Below, one piece after another: positions 1 through 10,110 of a stretch of DNA of 64,000 nucleotides. Position numbers and translations under genes: made by a program. The notes under the pieces are model-generated. The model was not told the origin of the DNA, did no database searches, and saw nothing but the letters and a program-made list of their open reading frames with translations. The stretch is taken from NCBI GenBank assembly GCA_965237955.1, contig OZ250169.1, positions 1,024,001-1,088,000 on the forward strand, given 5' to 3'. Each line of letters opens with the position of its first letter. Positions within the stretch are counted from its first letter, which is position 1. This stretch comes from Candidatus Marinacidobacterales bacterium. Its GTDB lineage: Bacteria > Acidobacteriota > Vicinamibacteria > Marinacidobacterales > SMYC01.

Positions 1-349
1 CGGGTCCGTCGGCAAGACCGCCGTCGGCGGCGCGAAGGACCGTCAGACTAATCGCGTGAGCGCCGCTGTCGTCGAGAACGTAGACCAGCCTACACTCCAG
101 GGCTTCGTAGCCGAGAACGTCAAGCCTGGCGCAAAGGTGTACACCGATGATCACGGCGGCTACGATGGGCTGCCGAACCACGAGACGGTCAGACACTCAG
201 TGAAGGAGTACGTCAACAGACAGGCGCATACGAATGGGATCGAGTCATTCTGGGCCATGCTCAAACGTGGCTACTACGGCACCTACCACCGGATGAGCCC
301 GAAGCACCTTGGCCGCTACGTCAACGAGTTTGCCGGACGGCACGTTTGA
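1..349 (+). CDS. IS1595-family (ISXO2-like) transposase, 3' part, runs off window start
   Basis: Motifs VYTDDHGGY, HTNGIESFWAMLKRGYYGTYHRMSPKHLGRYVNEF. Confidence 0.9.
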   Translation, partial: GSVGKTAVGGAKDRQTNRVSAAVVENVDQPTLQGFVAENVKPGAKVYTDDHGGYDGLPNHETVRHSVKEYVNRQAHTNGIESFWAMLKRGYYGTYHRMSPKHLGRYVNEFAGRHV

Positions 350-393
350 CAGCCCATCGGCCGGGCTGTATTGCATGGTACGGAGGTGGAATC

Positions 394-648
394 ATGAACA
401 GAGCCGGTGGAGTCCTCTCGATCCTTGGTGGGGCGGCTGCAATCGTTGTGGCGGTTGCAGCAGGACCTTGTGCCCGCATAACCGATGTACGGGACGATAT
501 GCGAGTCCTTGGTACGAAGGTGGACAGGCTGAATGAAAAGCTAGATACCAAGGCGGACAGCAAAGACATACGGGCTCTTGGTTCGCATCTGGACAGACTA
601 TCTGGGAAGATCGACGTAGTACTGGACACGGTTAAGGAGCTACCATGA
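394..648 (+). CDS. Small membrane-anchored coiled-coil hypothetical protein (IS1595 passenger)
   Basis: GGAGG RBS before ATG 394; hydrophobic N-terminus followed by heptad-like region. Confidence 0.5.
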   Translation: MNRAGGVLSILGGAAAIVVAVAAGPCARITDVRDDMRVLGTKVDRLNEKLDTKADSKDIRALGSHLDRLSGKIDVVLDTVKELP

Positions 649-809
649 AGGAGAAGGAATCGAAACCAAAGCGCGGGCGGCCGCCCAGCAGCAAGTACAA
701 CGAGCAAATCCACATCGACGCTACGCCAGAACAAGTAGCGCGGTTGCTATTCGTAGGTAGGCCGAAGTCCTTAGCAGAGTGGAAACGAGAGAAGAAGATC
801 GCGCCGTGA
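645..809 (+). CDS. 54-aa basic protein with AT-hook-like KRGRP motif (IS1595 passenger)
   Basis: Manual translation MKEKESKPKRGRPPSSKYNEQIHIDATPEQVARLLF...; ATGA overlap with upstream stop. Confidence 0.55.
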   Translation: MKEKESKPKRGRPPSSKYNEQIHIDATPEQVARLLFVGRPKSLAEWKREKKIAP

Positions 810-810
810 G

Positions 811-840
811 GGGGTTTGTGTAAACTAGTATATAATTCCC
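811..840. repeat. IS1595 right terminal inverted repeat
   Basis: Reverse complement reads GGGAATTATATACTAGTTTACACAAA, resembling IS1595-family termini; directly follows the passenger ORFs. Confidence 0.6.
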
Positions 841-2244
841 TTTGAAATAGGCCATAAATCAGCAACTTAGTGTCTGTGTTTGCGACCGGGCCAAGGGCCG
901 TGGGCTTTACAATCGTCTTGGGCGGGCGGGTCGTCACCATGCAGATGACCACCTAGTCGAGAGCGAATATCGAAGCGTGTTCCTGAAGCGGTTTCCACGC
1001 TACGCCGGTCGAGCCCGCCGAGGGGCTACCGTCGCCGGCGACCATCTACGCGGCACGGCAGTAGTAGTTGAGAATGCCCACAAGTCGCTCTCGCGACACG
1101 ATGGGGCCAGCGTCATTCGCGCTTGCCGGCAGAGGTGTGATGAGCTCGTTGCCGAGACCTTGGTGGTTCCGTTCTGTGTGATAGTGCACTACGTATTCGG
1201 TTACCGCTGTGCGCAGGTGTCGCTCACTGAGAGGTACGAAGCGGTCGAGACACTCTCGACGTATGGAGAGAACGAATCTTTCCGCATATGCGTTCAGATT
1301 CGGACTATTAGCGGGAAGGCGAAGGGGCTTCACGCCTGAATCTCTCAACAGCCCACGTACCGCCTCGGTGAATAGCGGGTCCCGGTCGTGGATGAGGTAT
1401 CGCTTGCCAAGGAGGAAACCATCCCACATGTCAGTGAGGTTTCTTACCACCTGCTTCATCCACTCCCCGTTGGGGTCCGACGTTATCCCACCGATGCACA
1501 CGCAGCGAGTGGCGATATCGATGACAAACAGGACATGGTAGCGGACGAGCCCGAACGGGTTCACAACCTCGACGGTGAACAGGTCTGTCGCAGCGATGGC
1601 GCCCCAATGAGCCTTGATGAAGGTGCTCCACGACATGCTCCTGCCCCGCTCCGGCGCAGGAGCGATACCGTGCTCGGCGAGGATCCTCTTGATAGTGTTG
1701 CGTCCGAGTTCATGTCCTAGGTTCTTGAGTGCGCCTCGCAGGCGCGTATATCCCCACGTCGGGTTCTCCCGCGCCACGCGCACAATGAGCTCACGGATGT
1801 CCTTCGCCGTCGGAGGTCGGCCTGGACTCCGGTTCTTGCTGCCATCGTAGTTGGCTGCAATGAGGTGGCGGTACCAGCGCAGAAGCGTAGCGGGTGTGGC
1901 AACGGACGCAATCTGGGCCAGCGCCTCGCGGCCCAAAGCCTGGGCCTTGACGGCGAGCCTGCGCCGGTCGTCGTCCGAGAGACTGAGACGCTTGCCCCGA
2001 AGCCCGGCTCGGAGCACACGGTTCTCCTCTTGCAGGTAGTCGATCACATCCTGCTGCTGGCGGTTGACCCAGCCAGCTAGAACGAGCAGTAGGAATTGCA
2101 CGTGGTACGTCATCATGGATCTGAAGATAACACCCTCGGGCCAGACGATTGTAAAGCCTACGGCCCTTGGCCCCGGCGCAAACACAGACACTAAGCTGCT
2201 GATTTATGGCCTATTTCAAAAGGGCCGAGTTTTGGCACAGGACG
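841..2244 (-). mobile_element. rve-integrase element with CGTCCTGTGCC-type ends
   Basis: End CGTCCTGTGCCAAAACTCGGCCC at 2244 (-); ~78-bp inverted repeat 841-918 / 2143-2220. Confidence 0.75.
1046..2116 (-). CDS. DDE integrase-core (rve) transposase, apparently intact
   Basis: [17 protein letters not shown]; DDE motifs ATDLF, LIHDRD, NAYAERF; C-terminal NYYCRAA. Confidence 0.9.
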   Translation of the reverse strand: MMTYHVQFLLLVLAGWVNRQQQDVIDYLQEENRVLRAGLRGKRLSLSDDDRRRLAVKAQALGREALAQIASVATPATLLRWYRHLIAANYDGSKNRSPGRPPTAKDIRELIVRVARENPTWGYTRLRGALKNLGHELGRNTIKRILAEHGIAPAPERGRSMSWSTFIKAHWGAIAATDLFTVEVVNPFGLVRYHVLFVIDIATRCVCIGGITSDPNGEWMKQVVRNLTDMWDGFLLGKRYLIHDRDPLFTEAVRGLLRDSGVKPLRLPANSPNLNAYAERFVLSIRRECLDRFVPLSERHLRTAVTEYVVHYHTERNHQGLGNELITPLPASANDAGPIVSRERLVGILNYYCRAA

Positions 2245-2597
2245 GGGTCCAGAATCGAGGCCAAGCTACCACAGCGTAGCGGGCTAGCACGTTCTGGCCC
2301 AGGTGGGCCTAGGCCTCCTTGATGTCCTTACTTGCCTCGGATTCGGCCTCAATCAAGGGTCCGGCAATGCTTGAGAGCATATCCCGTTCATCGTCGTTCC
2401 CCTGCCCGTTCCTGATGGCCTTGAGCCGCTCCGTCACGCTACCCCTGGTGGCCCTCCGTCGCCGTTCGGAGGTCGGCCTGGACAAGTAGTAGAAGCGACT
2501 ACTACTGTGAATAAATCAACCGGAATAAGAACCCGCAAGAAGCACGGAACCGTATCAAGCCGTGGCGGTAGCACTCAAACACGTCGGAGGTCCTCGG

Positions 2598-3488
2598 CTA
2601 CGGCTTCTTTCCGACGTTGATGATTATTGCCTTGGGGGTCTTGTCTCGTAGCTGTTCGGTCCGGCTCGATCGGCAGGGAATTCCTGCGGCGGTGAGAACC
2701 CTGCTTAGGATCAATAGGGCAGCCTCCGCCTCGCTGTTATCCGGCCCGACGAACGCGGTCACGCCGGAGTCGTGTGCCGTTCCGGCAGTGTTTCCGGCGG
2801 CGTCGACAACGATAGCGCTGATCTGGGACGGCACTCTAAGCCATCCGGCCGACTTCAGCACGGCGTCAAGAGTTCGAAGGAGTGCCAACGGCTCCGGGTC
2901 TGCAAACACAGAGAAGCCGAAATTTTGTCCCGCGAACTCCTTCAGTGCGGCGATGATCTTGTCTTGGTCCTCCGGCGCTATGGTCCTAGTCCCCTGGATC
3001 TTTGATTACTATACAAAGTTAGGCTTTTCGCCAGCCCATAAGATTCATAAGATTCATGCACTTAGAATGGTTTCGGCAAGCTCTGCTTTATCTAGTTTGT
3101 TCTGATACAGGGGACTAGGCTCCTTGAGCTTCGCAAGCTCTAGCCGTGCCTGCGAGGCAACGACATTCGCCTCCGCGGCGCGGGCCTCGGCAGCAGCGAC
3201 CTGGGACTCCAGTTCCGCTCGCGCGAGGCGCTCGGATTCTGCGATCTTCATCGCCTCGGCGGCTTCGGCCTGCGCGGCGGTTATCTTGATCGTGGACTCG
3301 GTCCGGTACTTTTCCAACTCGCGGTCTTTGGCGGCGTTGACCCGCGCGGACAAATGGTAAATCACAAACGTCATGCCGGCGACGAGCAACAGGCACACTA
3401 TGTAGGCTATGTTTGCCCACTGTAGAAGCTTATCGAGGGCCAAATGACCTCCACTTAGGCTGCTCAAAAGAGCGTTATACTTTGACAA
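2598..3488 (-). pseudogene. Membrane-anchored coiled-coil hypothetical protein split by an IS630-type MITE
   Basis: Removing the 129-bp insert restores one 253-aa frame (...KLKEP-RTIAPEDQDKII...). Confidence 0.75.
2986..3118. mobile_element. IS630-derived MITE
   Basis: CTAGTCCCCTGGATCTTTGATTACT...TACAGGGGACTAG; ends match the IS630 at 32339-33527; CTAG on both sides. Confidence 0.85.
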
Positions 3489-3601
3489 TACTCGCAGATC
3501 CTACCGTACACATTGACTAGCGACCCGCAGGAGGCCTTGCGGCACCGGTTATGAGAGCTGGCGGCCGTACTGGGCTTGATCCGGTTTCGTAGACGGTTTA
3601 G

Positions 3602-4519
3602 TTACCCGCCAACCTTTTGATAGGCCCGTTCAAGTAGCGGCTTCACGAGTTCGAGATCGCTCTGGCTCTTGACCGACAGCTCAAATGCGTTGTGCCCGAT
3701 GTTTGTCACGTCTCGGGCGAGTTTCTTGGGTACATCCACCTTCTTGGGATCGAGCTTGACGTAAAGGCGTACGCTGGCCTTATGGATCCTCATGGTCACG
3801 AAGTTCTGGGAGATCTTGTAGGCGATGAAGGACTTCTTTGGGATTTCGTTAACCGCTGGGTCGAGTCCAAGAACAAACCTCTGGATCGATCGCGCCAGCT
3901 CTTTCATCGGGGCTGGTTTGTCCTTGAAGTGCTGCTCAACAGTGTAGGAACCGGTCTTGCGCGATATGGCAGCTTTCTGGCCTGCCGTCAGCGTGCTTCC
4001 GGACGGTAAACCAGATGGGGAAGTAGTGATGGACTTCTGGAAGACCTCTTCGAGATAGAGCGAACTGTTCTCGAAGAATCGATAGGTCCAAAGCTCCAGA
4101 TTCGCTCCCATGACCTGAACAGCGTGCAAGTCGTACTTCTTGTAGTTCGGGGCGAGGCAGATGACTCGAATATCGGACCAATCCACCTCGACCTTATCAC
4201 CAAAGGACTTCCGAGCCGCGATTTCAAAATCTCCTTGATGATCCTGAATCCAGGCCAGGTAATAGAGACTCTGGTTAATCAGCTCAGAAGATTCCACTTT
4301 CTTGTATTCGATGATGACTGGGTTGTAGTCTTCCGAGAGCGCGAGCGTGTCTATCCGTCCAGCGTGCTGGGCACCGGTGGTGAACTCAGTAGCTACGAAA
4401 CGACACCCGAAGACAGATTCGAGATTGCTCTCGATCAACGTCTGTAGATTTTTTTCCGTCGCGAAGTTCGTCTGATTGACGGGGGACAGAGTGGTCTTGG
4501 CGACAGTGAAAAGGGGCAT
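3602..4519 (-). CDS. NucS-like PD-(D/E)xK nuclease domain plus DUF5655-like C-terminal domain
   Basis: EKNLQTLIE and GRIDTLALSEDYNPVIIEYK; RBS before MPLF at 4519. Confidence 0.75.
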   Translation of the reverse strand: MPLFTVAKTTLSPVNQTNFATEKNLQTLIESNLESVFGCRFVATEFTTGAQHAGRIDTLALSEDYNPVIIEYKKVESSELINQSLYYLAWIQDHQGDFEIAARKSFGDKVEVDWSDIRVICLAPNYKKYDLHAVQVMGANLELWTYRFFENSSLYLEEVFQKSITTSPSGLPSGSTLTAGQKAAISRKTGSYTVEQHFKDKPAPMKELARSIQRFVLGLDPAVNEIPKKSFIAYKISQNFVTMRIHKASVRLYVKLDPKKVDVPKKLARDVTNIGHNAFELSVKSQSDLELVKPLLERAYQKVGG

Positions 4520-4782
4520 TCTCGCTCCTGGGTCAGGATTTGGTTCGGTGTTCAGCAGCGATAGCTGCTTGGACTCTCCAGGCTGAGCCTGGCGGGCCAC
4601 TGGATCACAACGTCGCCTTCCTCGAGAGTGTACGTGTCCTGTTTCATGCCTGACTTCGGCATGAGAGCATTCTGGATCTCGTTCCGGGAAGTTGACGATT
4701 CAACTCCCTTCTCAGTGCTCTCACCTGGAGGCAGTATATCGCCATCCGTGAGGCCCGCAAAGGTCATAGTTGCCTTGAATTG

Positions 4783-4880
4783 GGTGCTTCCGCAGTCAAG
4801 TGTTGGCGGCCGCCGCGTAACCTGTTCGCGTGCTAGAGTTTTAGCCTGATTTCGAGAGGCGCAGTTCTTTCGTCGATGCC
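4783..4880 (+). repeat. Terminal fragment of a GGTGCTTCCGC-type element
   Basis: Near-identical inverted copy at 20891-20987; related starts at 22894 (+) and 55238 (-). Confidence 0.6.
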
Positions 4881-4975
4881 TGTGCTCCGCAAAAAATCGA
4901 TCCGGCGTTGATTGCGCGTTTTAGACCTGCTATGTTCGGCTGCTTCTGACCGATCTTCTTTTTTTGCGGATCACA
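4881..4975. mobile_element. ~95-bp MITE (TGTGCTCCGCAAAAAA...TTTTTTGCGGATCACA)
   Basis: Terminal IRs; second full copy at 11955-12044. Confidence 0.8.
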
Positions 4976-5008
4976 AGGGGACAGCCCAGTTCGGTATTGC
5001 TCTTGGGC

Positions 5009-5023
5009 ATCCCTTTCAGGGAT
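5009..5023. promoter_or_regulatory. Putative HigA operator palindrome
   Basis: ATCCC-tttca-GGGAT just upstream of TATACT and the higB start. Confidence 0.4.
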
Positions 5024-5038
5024 ACTTATACTGTCCTC

Positions 5039-5332
5039 ATGCGGGTCATCGCGAAGCGGACACTGCGCGCTTATTGGGAAAAGGACCGCAGGGCAGAACA
5101 ACCGCTGAAGGCATGGTATGCGATCGCAGCGAAAGCCGAGTGGTCCTCTCCGGCGGACGTAAAGGCTGTTTATGGAAATGCCAGCATCGTTGGAAACGAC
5201 CGGGTTGTATTTAATATCGGCGGGAACAGGTATCGGCTTGTCGTCCGTTTCGACTATGCGAGCCGGATCGGATTCGTGCGTTTCGTGGGAACGCACGCCG
5301 AATACGATGCGGTCGATGCATCCAATGCCTAG
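5039..5332 (+). CDS. higB: Type II TA toxin HigB
   Basis: MRVIAKRTLRAYWE...RVVFNIGGNRYRLV...FVGTHAEYD. Confidence 0.93.
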   Translation: MRVIAKRTLRAYWEKDRRAEQPLKAWYAIAAKAEWSSPADVKAVYGNASIVGNDRVVFNIGGNRYRLVVRFDYASRIGFVRFVGTHAEYDAVDASNA

Positions 5333-5341
5333 GAGTGCAAC

Positions 5342-5716
5342 ATGAACATCAAACCGATCAAGAGCGAAGCCGACTACGACGCCGCGTTAACCGCGATCGA
5401 CGGCCTGATGGGCGCCGCGCCGGACACGCCCGAAAGCGACAAACTTGAGGTTCTCGTTACCCTTGTAGAAGCTTACGAAGCCGAGCGCTGGCCGATAGAG
5501 GCACCGGATCCGATCTCGGCGATTGAGCACGTCATGGAGGCCCGTGGCCTGCGCCAGAAAGACTTCGGAGCGCTGATTGGCTCCCAGCCACGTGCTTCGG
5601 AAGTGCTCAACCGACAGCGCCCGCTCACTCTGCCGATGATCCGAGCCCTGTCGATCGGATGGAACCTTCCTGCCGACGTGCTTGTACGCGAGTACGACCT
5701 CGCGAACACGACATAA
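5342..5716 (+). CDS. higA: Type II TA antitoxin HigA (HTH)
   Basis: IKPIKSEADYDAAL...LVEAYE...PDPISAI...SEVLNRQRPLTLPMIRAL. Confidence 0.93.
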   Translation: MNIKPIKSEADYDAALTAIDGLMGAAPDTPESDKLEVLVTLVEAYEAERWPIEAPDPISAIEHVMEARGLRQKDFGALIGSQPRASEVLNRQRPLTLPMIRALSIGWNLPADVLVREYDLANTT

Positions 5717-5896
5717 CATATAGGAACCAACTACCTGTGTTCCGCAAAAACTCGATCCGTCGTTGATTCCGCAGTTTAGAGCTGCAAGGATTGGCCGTTT
5801 CGCGACGAATGGATGAGGTGATCCGACGTCATTGTAAACGTCGAAAGGTTCGCTCTTGCGGTCTATTTCAAAAGGGCCGAGTTTTGGCACAGGACG

Positions 5897-6961
5897 CGGT
5901 CCAGCCGTCGGCCGCGACCACGTCTCAAGACCAGCTTCAGTTTCTCTTTCAGCCGTTTCACTGACTCCGGAGCCACTTTCAGCCGGGGCGTACGGTGCAC
6001 GGTAACGCTATACCCCAGAAATTTTCGTCTCCAGGGGCGCGCCACCGCGCTCTTGTCCCGATTGACCTTCAGCCGGAGACGTTCCCATAGGAACTTCTCT
6101 AGTGATTCCATCACCCGTTCGCCTGCGCGCCGCGACTGCACGTACACGTTACCGTCATCGGCGTATCGGCAGAAACGATGCCCACGTCGTTCCAGTTCTT
6201 TGTCCAGCTCATCGAGCAGGACATTACTGAGCAACGGGGACAGCGGGCCACCTTGCGGCGTCCCTTCGCGTCGGGGCGACACCACTCCACCCTCCATCAT
6301 TCCCGCCTGTAAATAGCGACGAATGAGACGGAGGACCTGTGGGTCCTTCACTCGTCGGGCGCCGCGACATCAGGATGTCGTGGTTCACTCGGTCAAAGAA
6401 CTTTTCCAGGTCCAGGTCCACCACCCACCGGTAACCCGCTGTCATGTGAAGACGGGACCAGCTCACTGCTCCCAAAGCGCTACGTCCCGGACGGAAGCCA
6501 AAGCTCCATTTCGAGAACGTAGGCTCGAACAGCGGCGTGAGAACCTGTAGCAGGGCTTGTTGGATCATTCGGTCCAGCACCGTCGGGATACCCAGCATGC
6601 GAGTTCCTTTTCCTCCCGGCTTCGGTATCTCTACCTTTCTCACCGGGGCGGGATGGTACTCGCCGCTTCGTATCTCTTCTCGGATGCGCGACCAGTGCTC
6701 ACGGCAGTACGCTATTAGCTCGTCCACGGTTATTCCGTCGACTCCTGGCGCACCGCCGTTTGCCACCACTCGCTTATGCGCTTTCATCATGTTCTCTCGG
6801 CGCAGCACCTCCTCGATGAGCAGCAAAGCCTCGTCGTTGGCTTTGTCTCCACGTGCCGTGAGCGCTTGACGCGCAGAAGTCGTATCCTCAGCGGTTCCGC
6901 CGCCTACTTTCCGATTCCGCTCCGGCTTCTCAGCCTTCTGCTCTGCGTCTTGTTCTCTCAT
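5897..6961 (-). pseudogene. ltrA: Group II intron reverse transcriptase/maturase (class C-like), frameshifted near 6360 and 3'-truncated
   Basis: GAPGVDG, LGIPTVLDR, DLEKFFDRVNHD, GTPQGGPLSPLL, RYADD; cut at 5896 by a CGTCC end. Confidence 0.9.
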
Positions 6962-7122
6962 CGAACGTTTCGAGCCAACTCGGCTCCTCGTGTTCGGTCC
7001 TTTACCGCTGTGCGCTGCGGTTTAGTATGACCTCGGCTGACTTCTGCTCATCCATCGCCACGCTTCTCAGCGTTGCTAGCCCTGTGGCAGACAAGCAGAT
7101 CTCCCAGGGTAAGGCGCGTGAC
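6962..7122 (-). ncRNA. Remnant of group IIC intron RNA upstream of the RT ORF
   Basis: CCTTACCCTGGGAGATCTG and GAAGTCAGCCGAGGTCATA motifs typical of IIC introns; 5' part replaced by IS21. Confidence 0.6.
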
Positions 7123-7342
7123 TGCGTATTCCGGGGCATCGTGAACGCAGATTCCAGCCGAAGGTGAACATCCATTCCAAAGCATCGTGAACACGGATTC
7201 CGGGGATCGTGAACATCGATTCCGGGGAAGGTGAACACGGATTCCAGGCAACGTGAACGCCGGTTCCGGCATCGCGAACGCTCATCGATAGCACGTTTCA
7301 AGGCAACTCTAGGTCGTACCCGGAAGGAGGACGATCTAGGAA

Positions 7343-8899
7343 ATGGCAGCTAAGAGGTTATCGATGAGAAAAATACGAGAGGTTCTAAGGTTAAAGTACG
7401 AGCTGGGTTTTACTCACCGCATGATCGCAAAGGCACTTCGCGTGGCGGTTGGAACGGTGAGTGAGTACCTGGCCAAGGCGAAGAAGGGTGGTCTGAGGTG
7501 GCCGCTCCCGGAGGAGCTGAGCGAAGGGGAGCTGGAGGCAGGGCTGTTTCCGCCGCCGGGCTCGTCTGGCGCACGGCCGGGTCTGGACTATGCCCACATC
7601 CACGAGGAGCTGAGGCGTCACCGAGAGCTGACGTTGCTGCAGCTGTGGGTGGAGTACGCGGAGAATAAGCCGGGAGCGTACGGCTACAGCCGTTATTGCG
7701 AGCTGTACGGTCAGTGGAAGAAGAAGCTGAACCCGACGATGCGTCAACGGCATCGAGCAGGCGAGAAGACATTCGTCGATTTTTCGGGGAAGAAGCCTCA
7801 CATCGTCGATCCGAAAACGGGAGAGCTCGTCGAAATGGAGCTGTTCGTCGGGACGTTGGGCGCGAGCAGTTACACCTACGTCGAAGCGACACTGAACCAG
7901 TCGCTGGAATCGTGGGCGAAGGCCCATAAGGGGATGTCGGATTACTTCGGTGGCAGTACGGAGATCTGGGTTCCGGACAACTTGAAGAGCGGCGTGGATT
8001 TGGTGGACCGTTACGAGCCAGGGATCAACCGGACGTACGAAGAGCTGGCGACGCATTACGGTGCGGTTGTGGTCCCGGCTCGGGTGTTCAAGCCGAAAGA
8101 CAAAGCGAAGGTGGAGTCGGCAGTGCAGGTGGCGCAGCGCTGGATCCTGGCGGTGCTTCGTCATCGCACGTTCTTCAGCCTGGCGGAACTGAACGAAGCC
8201 ATCTGGGAGAAGTTAGAGGTCCTGAATGCGCGTCCGATGCAGAAGCTCGGTGTGAGTCGGCGGGAGTTGTACGAAAGGCTAGACCGGCCCGTACTGAAAC
8301 CGCTACCGCAGGAGAGCTACGAGTTATCGACGTGGAAGCGGTGCAGAGTGAACATCGACTACCACGTGGAGGTGGAGAACAACTTGTACAGCGTTCCCTA
8401 TCAGCTCATTCACGAGAAAGTCGAGGCACGGGTGACGGCCTCGGTGGTGGAGGTCCTGTTCAAGGGAAAGCGCGTCGCGTCGCATCCCCGCAAGAAAGGA
8501 AAGGGGCACTACTCCACGAACCCGGAGCATATGCCACGTTCGCATCGGGAGCACCTGGAGTGGACGCCGTCGCGGCTGCTCCACTGGGCGGAGCAGTCAG
8601 GTCGCGCCACGGGAAGGCTGGTTGCGGGGATTCTAGAGAGTCGGCCTCACCCGGAGCAGGGATTTCGCTCTTGCCTGGGAGTCATGCGACTAGGCAGCCG
8701 CTGGGGCAGTGAGCGTCTCGAGGCCGCTTGCGCACGAGCGGAAGCTTTGAGCTCTTACAGCTATCGCACGGTGAAAAACATTCTCTCGGCTGGTCTGGAT
8801 CGTGTGGTGCTCGAATCGGACGCCGAAGCGAAACCGCGAGAGGAGCACGAGAACATCCGAGGCGCGGATCACTACGAAGGAGGAGAGTCCCGATGCTGA
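7343..8899 (+). CDS. istA: IS21 transposase IstA
   Basis: MRKIREVLRL, FVDFSG, VPDNLKSGV, PKDKAKVESAV. Confidence 0.95.
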   Translation: MAAKRLSMRKIREVLRLKYELGFTHRMIAKALRVAVGTVSEYLAKAKKGGLRWPLPEELSEGELEAGLFPPPGSSGARPGLDYAHIHEELRRHRELTLLQLWVEYAENKPGAYGYSRYCELYGQWKKKLNPTMRQRHRAGEKTFVDFSGKKPHIVDPKTGELVEMELFVGTLGASSYTYVEATLNQSLESWAKAHKGMSDYFGGSTEIWVPDNLKSGVDLVDRYEPGINRTYEELATHYGAVVVPARVFKPKDKAKVESAVQVAQRWILAVLRHRTFFSLAELNEAIWEKLEVLNARPMQKLGVSRRELYERLDRPVLKPLPQESYELSTWKRCRVNIDYHVEVENNLYSVPYQLIHEKVEARVTASVVEVLFKGKRVASHPRKKGKGHYSTNPEHMPRSHREHLEWTPSRLLHWAEQSGRATGRLVAGILESRPHPEQGFRSCLGVMRLGSRWGSERLEAACARAEALSSYSYRTVKNILSAGLDRVVLESDAEAKPREEHENIRGADHYEGGESRC

Positions 8900-9651
8900 C
8901 ACCCGAAACGATAGAAAAGATGAACGCCATGAAGTTGTTCGGCTTGGTGTCCGCGTTCGAAACCCAGTTGAGCTCGAGCGAATACAAGGAGCTGAGCTTC
9001 GAGGAACGTGTGGGACTCCTGGTCGATGCCGAGTGGACCGCCCGCGAACAGCGTAAGCTTTCTCGACGACTGCGAGCGGCAAAGCTCCGCTATCCGGCAT
9101 GTTTGGAGAACGTGAACTTCCAAGCGCCTCGAGGCTTAAACCGCGAACAGATCTTGAGCCTGGGCAACTGCCGCTTTGTCGGTGAGCGCCATAACCTGCT
9201 CATCACCGGCCCGACGGGGATTGGCAAATCGTTCTTGGCTTGCGCCTTCGTGGAGCGGGCCTGTCGTCGCGGCTTCACCGGATGCTACGTGCGAGCACCG
9301 CGCTTGCTCCACGAGCTCGCGGTCGCTCGTGGTGATGGTTCCTACGCCCGGCTTTTGACGAAACTCGCCAAGCTGGACTTACTGGCTATCGATGATTGGC
9401 TGCTTCACCCGCTGAAAGAATCGGAGAGACGGGATCTAATGGAGGTCATCGAAGACCGCGCCGAGCGTGGCTCCACACTCATCGCGACCCAGATTCCGCT
9501 CAAGCAGTGGCACGAAGCGATTGGCGACCCAAACCAGGCAGACGCTATCTGCGATCGCATTCTCCACAGCGCGCACCGCATCACTCTCAAAGGAGCTTCT
9601 CTGAGAAAGACCAAGGCTGCGCCAAAGGCATTTGACAACGCCGATGCATGA
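8893..9651 (+). CDS. istB: IS21 helper ATPase IstB
   Basis: Walker A GPTGIGKS, LLAIDDW, DAICDRILH. Confidence 0.95.
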   Translation: MLTPETIEKMNAMKLFGLVSAFETQLSSSEYKELSFEERVGLLVDAEWTAREQRKLSRRLRAAKLRYPACLENVNFQAPRGLNREQILSLGNCRFVGERHNLLITGPTGIGKSFLACAFVERACRRGFTGCYVRAPRLLHELAVARGDGSYARLLTKLAKLDLLAIDDWLLHPLKESERRDLMEVIEDRAERGSTLIATQIPLKQWHEAIGDPNQADAICDRILHSAHRITLKGASLRKTKAAPKAFDNADA

Positions 9652-10110
9652 GCGAGCGAGGGACCACAGCGTCGATGCGATAAAAACGGGTGAAACCGCC
9701 AAACCCGGGGTACCAGACGATGCGGCGCCAAAACGACGCGCGAGAATGCCTCAGGAAGCGTCTTCTCGAGCCAGGCCATACCCCAGCAACCCCCCGAAAC
9801 CAGCCCCACATCGCCCGGGGTTCGGCCGCGGCAGGTCGCTGCCTACGGGAGCGGGAAGGTCGCTTCGCGTCTTTCCTTACGCCCGCTCCCTCCGGCACCG
9901 ACCTGCCGCCCCTTGCTACACAACACGCAGGTAAGATAGGTTCACGTTTTCAATCAGTGGGAAGGAGGTCACCCAACACTTCATCGCTTCGATGAGCGTT
10001 CGGCTTCACCGGATTCGCTGTTCAGCTTGCTCTGGATTCGGCGTTCACGATGGCGGGAATACGCAGCTTGCTGCTAACCGAGCCCATTCACGAAGTGGGC
10101 GCTGGCAGGC

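Larger units (their letters stand above)
7123..10065 (+). mobile_element. IS21-family element, copy 1
   Basis: TGCGTATTCC...GGAATACGCA termini with internal GTGAAC repeats; istAB; no TSD. Confidence 0.95.

Noticed and set aside
5897-6961. RT plus duplicated region as a DGR or retron
   Set aside because: RT motifs and flanking RNA are group II intron-type; differences in the 52-54.7 kb duplication are not adenine-specific.
7123-7285. About seven ~21-bp GTGAAC...TTCC repeats resembling a CRISPR array (also 63455-63614)
   Set aside because: No unique spacers and no cas genes; these are IS21 subterminal transposase-binding repeats.
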